This document shows positions 44,110 to 51,165 of a DNA stretch of 64,000 nt, piece after piece. The stretch covers positions 21,988 to 85,987 of the forward strand of contig CAZDQS010000003.1 of assembly GCA_964507855.1 (NCBI GenBank), read 5' to 3'. The notes below the pieces were generated by a model. The model did not search any database. It had not been told where the DNA came from and saw only the letters and a program-made list of their open reading frames with translations. Source of the stretch: an uncultured Candidatus Saccharibacteria bacterium. GTDB taxonomy: Bacteria > Patescibacteriota > Saccharimonadia > Saccharimonadales > CAZDQS01. Each line of letters starts with the position of its first letter. The stretch's first letter is position 1. The translations under genes were made by a program, and so were the position numbers.

Positions 44110-45618
44110 TCAAAGTTCGGGCAAGTGCGGAATGACTTCCAAATCCAGCTCGCAAATATTGCGGCCTTTCCAATGGACTTCGCCGAACTCGTGCCGCCGC
44201 ATCGACTCATTGACTATACCGATCTCAATAAGCGCAACAAGCAGATAGTTAATCGCCCCCAGCCAGATAGCTTTGGGCGCTGAGAGGGCAATGACAAGCA
44301 TATGTGCGAACGTCAGGCCTGCAAATGCGAGTGCACTGAACGCAAGCGCATTGGTATTGCCAACAATCAACGAAACAATCATCGTCAACGCCGGTCCAGC
44401 TAGTACGAACATCTCAAAGACAGTCAGCATAAACACCCGATCAGGGCGGTAATGCACCTCAGGATATCGGACGCGCATAGCGGTGTTGAACTGGTCACGC
44501 CAGCTCTTCATACTTTCTAGCCCAAGGCCTTTGCCGCCAATAAAGAATGTATATCCGCCCTTTCGCCTAAACTCTCTGGCAAAGTATGCCTCTGGCCTGA
44601 TAGTGCGGGGAACTGCCTTAAACCCACCCATATCCAACAGCTTTGCTCGATCAACGAGCCAGCAGGTGGTCAATGACGCGGGCTGTTTCATAAGAAACCG
44701 CGGCATAGCTAACTCCCACCAATAGCGCATCGGTTGCAAAAAGAACCCGAGCGGGTTTACTAATGAACGCCTGGGCAGGACAGTAAGCATATCCAGATTG
44801 CTTGCATGAAGCCGCTGCACCAAGCGACTGATCGTCTTCCGCTCAAACCGGACATCAACACCACAGAAGAGAATCAGCTCTCCGGTGGCATTGAGGGCAA
44901 GATCATTATAAGCCTGGTTTTTTGCCAGCCAGTTACGCTCCGCCGGCCTTCCCTTTAAGAATCGCACGCCGGATTGCGCAAAACCTTTGATAATTGCCGG
45001 CGTCGTGTCAGTCGAACAGTCATCAAGGACCAACGTTTCGAGCTTAGGATAATCGCTTGCCACGATGGACTGTAAACATTCAGCCAGACTGGTCGTTTCG
45101 TTCCGCGCCGGGATTGCCACGGTCACCGTCGGCAGTTTACTCTCCGTTTCTGTGATGTCATGCCACGTCGCTCTGCTCCTGGCAACATTAATAAGAATTG
45201 TCGTCAGTCCGATGCAGGCCAATACTAACTGGACAAGAGCGACATGCGTGAGCCCCAACGAGGGCAGCCAGCCGCCGTCATATGCATACCATGTCAGACC
45301 AAGTAGCACCTGGATGCCGAACAAGCTCCAGAATGAGGTGATAACAGCACGCTTGGCGTGCTGCGTATTGCGCCGCTCGGTTGTCAGGCGGGCAATATTC
45401 ACGCACTGATAGACACACGTCATGGCAATCAACAGGCTGAATACGTTGTACGTCCGCCACAGTAAAATGCACGCAAACGCAGACAATACGACGACTGCTA
45501 CGCCTGCCAGCACATACTTCAGCTGCCACAGCCAGCGTATATACAACACTCCTGCCAAGGACACAGTTGCCCCGCCAAACAGTAAAGCCAGTACGTAATC
45601 ATGCATTATCATGAGCAT
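44110..45618 (-). CDS. integral-membrane family-2 glycosyltransferase
   Basis: 502 aa. TM segments flank a GT2 core (VTVAIPARNE, LVLDDCSTD, GVDVRF). Its stop abuts the kinase stop with zero spacer. Confidence 0.85.
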   Translation of the reverse strand: MLMIMHDYVLALLFGGATVSLAGVLYIRWLWQLKYVLAGVAVVVLSAFACILLWRTYNVFSLLIAMTCVYQCVNIARLTTERRNTQHAKRAVITSFWSLFGIQVLLGLTWYAYDGGWLPSLGLTHVALVQLVLACIGLTTILINVARSRATWHDITETESKLPTVTVAIPARNETTSLAECLQSIVASDYPKLETLVLDDCSTDTTPAIIKGFAQSGVRFLKGRPAERNWLAKNQAYNDLALNATGELILFCGVDVRFERKTISRLVQRLHASNLDMLTVLPRRSLVNPLGFFLQPMRYWWELAMPRFLMKQPASLTTCWLVDRAKLLDMGGFKAVPRTIRPEAYFAREFRRKGGYTFFIGGKGLGLESMKSWRDQFNTAMRVRYPEVHYRPDRVFMLTVFEMFVLAGPALTMIVSLIVGNTNALAFSALAFAGLTFAHMLVIALSAPKAIWLGAINYLLVALIEIGIVNESMRRHEFGEVHWKGRNICELDLEVIPHLPEL

Positions 45619-45638
45619 TATAACTTCTTTTTCCTCGC

Positions 45639-45667
45639 TTGACCAAAGGGCGAAAAGGGCGTACTAT
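45639..45667 (+). promoter_or_regulatory. candidate promoter for secE-nusG (TTGACC-N17-TACTAT)
   Basis: Hexamers at 45639-45644 and 45662-45667. Confidence 0.45.
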
Positions 45668-45677
45668 TGACACATCG

Positions 45678-45705
45678 GGACCTACTATCTATGTAGGTCT
45701 TTTTA
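45678..45705 (+). terminator. promoter-proximal hairpin + T-run in secE leader (attenuator or 5' stabiliser)
   Basis: Stem GGACCTAC/GTAGGTCT with a 7-nt loop, then TTTTT. Starts about 4 nt after the predicted transcription start. Confidence 0.4.
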
Positions 45706-45726
45706 AGTTAAAGAGAGGCAAACAAG

Positions 45727-46143
45727 GTGGCAGACGATAGCCAGACAAAGAGGAAGCCGCGAATTATCAAAAAGCCAAAAGAGACAGTCCGACAGCGTGC
45801 CGAGAAGGCAAGTACGGAAACCGCACGCAAGCCGCGACGCATACGTGCGACAGCCGGTAAGGTTGCCGCCCCTGTTAAGCGAGCAAGCACAGCTGGTAAG
45901 CGCGAGTTCAACATCCCGCTTCCAGACAACAAAATCGGGCGTTTTTTCAACAAGCGCGTCCACTTTATTCCTCGGTATTTCCGGGAAGCCTACGGCGAGC
46001 TTCGCCAAGTAACCTGGCCCTCGCGCACGGAGACATGGAAGTTAACCGGCGCGGTCTTTGTCTTCGCTATCTTCTTCAGCCTCCTCATCGCCGTCACAGA
46101 CTACGGTCTCAGCACAGTGTTTAGAAAGATATTCTTGCAATAG
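45727..46143 (+). CDS. secE: preprotein translocase subunit SecE with long basic N-terminal extension
   Basis: 138 aa, GTG start. The C-terminus (ELRQVTWPSRTETWKLTGAVFVFAIFFSLLIA) is SecE-like. Precedes nusG. Confidence 0.85.
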   Translation: MADDSQTKRKPRIIKKPKETVRQRAEKASTETARKPRRIRATAGKVAAPVKRASTAGKREFNIPLPDNKIGRFFNKRVHFIPRYFREAYGELRQVTWPSRTETWKLTGAVFVFAIFFSLLIAVTDYGLSTVFRKIFLQ

Positions 46144-46170
46144 AGCAGAGTCAAGAAAGAAGGAGCAAGT

Positions 46171-46713
46171 ATGAGCAAACGATATGACACCAGCAAGCAG
46201 TGGTACGCCATTCACACCTACAGCGGCTACGAAGAGAAGGTCGCCGAGAGTATCCGACAGCGCGCCGATTCATTAGACATGAAGGACAAGATCTTCCAGG
46301 TGCTTGTCCCGAAAGAGAAGATGATCGAGGTCAAGAACGGCAAGCGCAAAGTGGTTGAAAAGCGAATTTTCCAGGGATATGTGCTTGTTCAGATGAAAAT
46401 GAGCGAGGATGCCTGGTACATCGTCCGCAACACACCATCAGTCACCGGCTTCGTCGGTAGCGGTAGCGAGCCGACCCCTGTCAGCAACGACGAGATGGAA
46501 AAGATCATGAAGCGCATGGGCCGTGAAGAGCCGAAGCACAAGATTGACTTCAGCGTCGGTGATGTAGTGAACATTACAGATGGTCCGTTCAAGGGCTTCG
46601 ACGGGGCTATCAACGAAATTGACCAGCAAAAGGGCAAGCTCAAGGTCCTCGTCAATATGTTCGGCCGCGAAACACCGGTTGAGCTTGACAGCTTGCAAGT
46701 AAAGAGGGTATAA
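46171..46713 (+). CDS. nusG: transcription termination/antitermination factor NusG
   Basis: 180 aa with an NGN domain (WYAIHTYSGYEEKV) and a KOW domain. Confidence 0.95.
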   Translation: MSKRYDTSKQWYAIHTYSGYEEKVAESIRQRADSLDMKDKIFQVLVPKEKMIEVKNGKRKVVEKRIFQGYVLVQMKMSEDAWYIVRNTPSVTGFVGSGSEPTPVSNDEMEKIMKRMGREEPKHKIDFSVGDVVNITDGPFKGFDGAINEIDQQKGKLKVLVNMFGRETPVELDSLQVKRV

Positions 46714-46738
46714 CAGCTGTTATAGCTAACGTAAGAGG

Positions 46739-46770
46739 CGGGGCTTTCTCAGATGAGGGAGCCCCGTTTT
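46739..46770 (+). terminator. intrinsic terminator after nusG
   Basis: Stem CGGGGCT/AGCCCCG with a 14-nt loop, then TTTT. Confidence 0.55.
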
Positions 46771-46788
46771 GCACAAGAAGAGTGATAT

Positions 46789-47745
46789 ATGCGTGATGCC
46801 GTCGGACAATATCTCCACGAAATTGGCCAAGTGCCACTATTGACCGCTGATGAAGAAAAGCAACTGGCGCAAAGAATTGAGCTTGGCAGGCTCGCCAGAG
46901 ATCAACTGAGCGATATTTGTCCCCAGCTCGTGGACCATGCGTCGAACGGGCATGCCGGCGAACTTGATATTGCCGATACTCATACTATCGATGAAGCAGA
47001 CCTCGCTGCACGCGGCCTGGCTAATACCGTTGCTGATCCAGAGAAGGTTCGGCAGCTAAAGCAAGAAATGCACGATGCCGAAAAGGCTCGAGAAGAATTC
47101 ATTAAGGCTAACCTCCGCCTTGTGGTCAGCATCGCCAAGAAGTACGCAAAACAAGATGGCCTGGAGCTAAGCGATCTTATCCAGGAGGGAAACCTCGGGC
47201 TTGAGCGTGCAGTTGAGAAATTCGACTGGCGCAGAGGCTTTAAATTCTCTACGTATGCAACATGGTGGATTATACAAGCGCTCGGTAGAGCCCGGGACAC
47301 AAAAGCAAATCTCATACGTTTACCTGATGAAAGAGCTAAGCAGCTCAGGAGCGGGCAGCGTGAGACCTCCGGTGATCTTGATGCTCTCGACGACGTGCTG
47401 TACAGATTGCATTTACTCACAACACCCACCAGCCTCAATAGCAAACGCTCACCTGACAGTGATGACGAGATAGGCGACTTTGTTGCAGATAGTGCTCCTG
47501 GGCCGGAATTAAATGTTATGAACCTTGCAACAAGAGAGGTTGTTATGACAGCCCTGGCCCGGCTTGATCCTCGGGCGCGCACTGCTGTTGAGCTGAGGTT
47601 TGGTTTGCTTGATGACCATAAGCACACATTTGTCGACATTGGTGAGAAACTAGGCATTACCAAAGAGGCAGCACGACAGGTGGTAGGCACTGCCATCAAA
47701 AAACTCAGGGCCGACAAGACTCTCAAAGAGCTGATCTCAAGCTAG
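46789..47745 (+). CDS. RNA polymerase sigma-70 family factor (regions 1.2-4)
   Basis: 318 aa with YLHEIGQVPLLTADEE, NLRLVVSIAKKY, DLIQEGNLGLERAVEKFD, FSTYATWWI and a region 4 HTH. Confidence 0.9.
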   Translation: MRDAVGQYLHEIGQVPLLTADEEKQLAQRIELGRLARDQLSDICPQLVDHASNGHAGELDIADTHTIDEADLAARGLANTVADPEKVRQLKQEMHDAEKAREEFIKANLRLVVSIAKKYAKQDGLELSDLIQEGNLGLERAVEKFDWRRGFKFSTYATWWIIQALGRARDTKANLIRLPDERAKQLRSGQRETSGDLDALDDVLYRLHLLTTPTSLNSKRSPDSDDEIGDFVADSAPGPELNVMNLATREVVMTALARLDPRARTAVELRFGLLDDHKHTFVDIGEKLGITKEAARQVVGTAIKKLRADKTLKELISS

Positions 47746-47856
47746 GCTGGACAACAGGGGTGATTCCGTTGTATAATTGATAAGTTACGCACTACTTAAA
47801 GGTAGGAGAATCCGCAGAGCTTCAATACTGCAGGTTCGACAAAAGGAGTATTACTT

Positions 47857-48285
47857 ATGGCAAAGCCAGTAAAGGCAAACCTCAAGATGCGCATTCGCGG
47901 CGGACAGGCCAGCGCTGCGCCACCGGTTGGTAGCACGCTTGGACAGCATGGTGTGAACATGATGGATTTTATTAATCCGTTCAACGATGCCACCAAAGAC
48001 CGCATGGGTCAAAACCTGACCGTACACATCACCATTTATGAAGACCGTACTATGGATTGGCGCGTTGTCGGCACACCGACCGATGACCTCATCCGCGACG
48101 CCCTAAAGATTGACAAGGGCTCCGGCCGCCCAAACAGCGAGAAAGTCAGCAAGAAGCTCAACCAAGCGCAATTGCAACAAATTGCTGAAACAAAGGCCGG
48201 TGATATGAACACCGACGATGTCGAAGCGGTCAAGAAGATGGTCGCCGGGACAGCCCGCTCGATGGGTGTCGAAATCGAAGGCTAG
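47857..48285 (+). CDS. rplK: 50S ribosomal protein L11
   Basis: 142 aa with a uL11 sequence (GQASAAPPVGSTLGQHGVN). Confidence 0.96.
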   Translation: MAKPVKANLKMRIRGGQASAAPPVGSTLGQHGVNMMDFINPFNDATKDRMGQNLTVHITIYEDRTMDWRVVGTPTDDLIRDALKIDKGSGRPNSEKVSKKLNQAQLQQIAETKAGDMNTDDVEAVKKMVAGTARSMGVEIEG

Positions 48286-48294
48286 GACATTAAG

Positions 48295-48468
48295 ATGTCG
48301 GAAAATCAGCAAACCTTTGAGACGCTCGGCGAAAAGCACACCAGAGAAGCAAGAGAGCACAGCGAGTGGGTCAGGAAAGACAACGCCTCGAGGTTGCAAG
48401 CTTGTCTTGCGGCACTACGCAACGCTCAGTCCGGAGACCCCGAGAACAGTACGCAACCAGATAGTTAA
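48295..48468 (+). CDS. possible small ORF (57 aa) in the rplK-rplA spacer
   Basis: Hand-translated as MSENQQTFETLGEKHTREAREHSEW...; no clear SD. The spacer could instead be a regulatory leader. Confidence 0.25.
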   Translation: MSENQQTFETLGEKHTREAREHSEWVRKDNASRLQACLAALRNAQSGDPENSTQPDS

Positions 48469-48519
48469 AGCATTGTGGGAGGCATAGGTAGCCGTTTGCA
48501 CCACGAAAGGAGTATTATT

Positions 48520-49473
48520 ATGGCGGAAGCCAAAGAAGCAGCAAAGAAGTCTAAGGAAGCGGAGGAGGTGAAGAATGGGAGTATTGAAGAAACTGGTACG
48601 ACTGAGGTTCAAGCAGATATCGAACCAAAAGAAGCAGTAAAGACCGCCAAAGCAGGCAAGCGGAGCGCTAAGGCCATCCAGGAAGCGGAAGAGAAGCAGG
48701 CCAAAGAAGCACGCAAAGCTGCCAAGTCTGAGGCAGATGCTGAAGACAAGCCAAAAGTTCAGCAAAAACCGCCACGTACCCGCCTGGAGCGCCGCGGCAA
48801 GAACTTCCGCAAAGCTGCTGAGCTCGTCGACAAAGACAAGCAGTACAGCTTAGTAGAAGCGCTTGAGCTGGCAACTAAGACCAGCCCGACTAAGTTTGAT
48901 GCAACAGTTGAACTTCACATCAATCTAAACGTTGATCCGCGCCAAGCAGATCAGAACATCCGTGGCGCAGTTGTCTTGCCAGCAGGTACCGGCAAGACCG
49001 TACGTGTTGCCGTGTTTGCTGACGTCGATGACGCTGCTAAGGCCACCAAGGCCGGCGCCGACATCGTTGGTATCGAGGAAATCACCAAGCTGCTTGATAA
49101 GGGTCAACTGAACTTCGACATCCTGATAGCCACGCCAACACAAATGGCCAAGCTTGGTAAATATGCCCGCACATTGGGTCCAAAGGGCCTTATGCCCAAC
49201 CCGAAGAGCGGCACCGTTACCACAGATGTCGCTAAGGCAGTAAAAGAAGCCAAAGCAGGCCGGGTTGAGTACCGCGTCGACAGCACCGGTATCATCCATG
49301 TCGGTATCGGCAAAGTAAGTTTCGGCCCGGAGAAGCTGGCCGAAAACGCCCGTGTGCTTATCGGCAACATCCGTGGCGCCAAGCCTGCCTCAATCAAGGG
49401 TGCTTACGTCAAAAGTGTCCACGTGGCAACCACCATGGGCCCGGGCATCAGCATCGCCCCAAGCGAGATTTAA
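48520..49473 (+). CDS. rplA: 50S ribosomal protein L1 with ~90-aa Lys/Glu/Ala-rich N-terminal extension
   Basis: The uL1 core begins near ...[19 protein letters not shown]. Start taken at ATG 48520 with SD AAAGGAG. No in-frame ATG lies closer to the core. Confidence 0.88.
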   Translation: MAEAKEAAKKSKEAEEVKNGSIEETGTTEVQADIEPKEAVKTAKAGKRSAKAIQEAEEKQAKEARKAAKSEADAEDKPKVQQKPPRTRLERRGKNFRKAAELVDKDKQYSLVEALELATKTSPTKFDATVELHINLNVDPRQADQNIRGAVVLPAGTGKTVRVAVFADVDDAAKATKAGADIVGIEEITKLLDKGQLNFDILIATPTQMAKLGKYARTLGPKGLMPNPKSGTVTTDVAKAVKEAKAGRVEYRVDSTGIIHVGIGKVSFGPEKLAENARVLIGNIRGAKPASIKGAYVKSVHVATTMGPGISIAPSEI

Positions 49474-49493
49474 GTCTCTTGCGACTTTCCAGG

Positions 49494-49527
49494 AAAAGAC
49501 AGCTTTCTCAGGCTGTCTTTTTCGTTT
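49494..49527 (+). terminator. intrinsic terminator after rplA
   Basis: 10-bp stem AAAAGACAGC/GCTGTCTTTT with an 8-nt loop, then a T-run. Confidence 0.6.
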
Positions 49528-49565
49528 GGCCTACATAACGGGCAAGGCATAGTACAATTGCTGGT

Positions 49566-50204
49566 ATGACAAACGGACAGGTTATTGCATTCGACGGGCC
49601 GGACGGCATTGGTAAGAGCACACAACTGCGCCTGCTGGCAGAATATCTTACAGAACAAGGGAAAACTGTGTATTCCACGCGAGCTTCCGGCGGGACGCCA
49701 ATCGGAGAGGCACTGCGGGCAGTATCGTTATCAGAGCACAGCCGACCAGCGGAAGTAGATCTTTATATATCGCTTGCGATGCACACGGCGCTTGGCTATG
49801 ACCTGCAAGAGAAGCGTACCCAGTATGATTACGTGCTCGTTGACCGCAGCCCGCTCGCTATCGTTGCCTATCAGAGCTACGGCAGCCAATTGCCCAATCC
49901 GCAAGATGGGTTTGATGCCTGTCGCAAGATGCTCAAGCTGTGGGAGCTCGACGAACTTGTTGCCTTAACAGCACCCCAGGATATCCTAGACAAGCGCCGG
50001 GCGGCCCGCGCAACTAACGACGCATCGCAAAACAATAACTACTTCGAACGGCAGAACCACGATTATCATTTACGAGTCCAGGAAGGTTACATTGCTGCAA
50101 CCGCAGCTGAGAAAGAGACCCTACAAACACGCCTGATAGAAATAGACGGTACCGGCAGCATTCAGTCCGTCCATAATGCCATTAAAGCTTCGCTTGGACT
50201 CTAA
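49566..50204 (+). CDS. tmk: thymidylate kinase (stand-alone copy)
   Basis: 212 aa with P-loop FDGPDGIGKSTQ and a dTMP kinase-like sequence. Confidence 0.87.
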   Translation: MTNGQVIAFDGPDGIGKSTQLRLLAEYLTEQGKTVYSTRASGGTPIGEALRAVSLSEHSRPAEVDLYISLAMHTALGYDLQEKRTQYDYVLVDRSPLAIVAYQSYGSQLPNPQDGFDACRKMLKLWELDELVALTAPQDILDKRRAARATNDASQNNNYFERQNHDYHLRVQEGYIAATAAEKETLQTRLIEIDGTGSIQSVHNAIKASLGL

Positions 50205-50282
50205 ACAGTTGTAATATTTTCTCTATCTGTACGTATCACAATATTTTTCGTACAATGAAGCAATAGTGAAGAGAGGGAACAC

Positions 50283-50777
50283 ATGACGCGTCTGGGATGG
50301 GACGAATACTTTTTTGGCATTATGGAAGCAGTCGGTCAACGGGCTACCTGTGATCGAGGCAAATCCGGCTGTGTTATCGTCCGCGACAAGCGGATTGTCG
50401 CTACTGGATACGTCGGCGCTCCGGCTGGTATAGCTCACTGCGATGATGTTGGACATGAAATGCATGAAGTCATCAACACCGACGGCAGTGTCAGCCAGCA
50501 CTGCATTCGTACTACTCACGCTGAACAAAATGCCATTGTGCATGCGGCACGTTTTGGCTCACCGCTTGAGGGCGCCACGCTTTACTGCAAAATGACGCCG
50601 TGCTATGCCTGTGCCAAGATGATTATCAACGCTGGTATTGTCCGTGTGGCAGCCGCAAAAGATTACCATGCCAGCGCCCGCACAAAAGAAGTCTTCAAAG
50701 AAGCAGGCATCACCCTCGATATAGTTGACGAGTCCATCGAATCATATGAAAAACAGGCGGTGAAGCATGGCCGTTAA
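50283..50777 (+). CDS. dCMP deaminase (ComEB-type)
   Basis: 164 aa with zinc motifs HAEQNAI and PCYACAKMI. Confidence 0.9.
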   Translation: MTRLGWDEYFFGIMEAVGQRATCDRGKSGCVIVRDKRIVATGYVGAPAGIAHCDDVGHEMHEVINTDGSVSQHCIRTTHAEQNAIVHAARFGSPLEGATLYCKMTPCYACAKMIINAGIVRVAAAKDYHASARTKEVFKEAGITLDIVDESIESYEKQAVKHGR

Positions 50778-51099
50778 TCTGCAGGAGCTTCAAAAAGAGG
50801 TCTTGCGCAATAAGCTCGAAAAGGGCTTTAACACCACCGACATAGCGTTGGAATTCTGCCGGGCATACGAGGAACTATCCGAAGCTTTCTCAAAGGCAAG
50901 CAAGCGCGAGGACGGCGTCGGCGAAGAGTTCGCGGACGTGGTTATTTTCCTGCTGGGCATGAGCGAGATTCTCGGTATTGACCTTGAGAAAGAGCTTGTC
51001 GATAAAATCGAAAAGAACAAGAGTAGAAAGTACCGCAAGATCAAGAGCCCGGACGGAAAAGATATTTTTGTGCGCATCAAGACTGCGACAGATCCTTAA
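50767..51099 (+). CDS. MazG-like nucleoside triphosphate pyrophosphohydrolase
   Basis: 110 aa, all-alpha, with the MazG motif EELSEAF...EEFADVVIFLL. Confidence 0.8.
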   Translation: MAVNLQELQKEVLRNKLEKGFNTTDIALEFCRAYEELSEAFSKASKREDGVGEEFADVVIFLLGMSEILGIDLEKELVDKIEKNKSRKYRKIKSPDGKDIFVRIKTATDP

Positions 51100-51165
51100 A
51101 TCAACCGATAGAATGAAGCAGATTACAGGTCAATCAATAAACGGGTGGATCATCAAGGAGGGGAC

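Noticed and set aside
48475-48519. Longer L1 start at 48475, and ORF 48218-48487 overlapping rplK.
   Set aside because: Neither has an SD. ATG 48520 is preceded by AAAGGAG at ideal spacing. ORF 48218-48487 is an alternative frame of the rplK 3' end.
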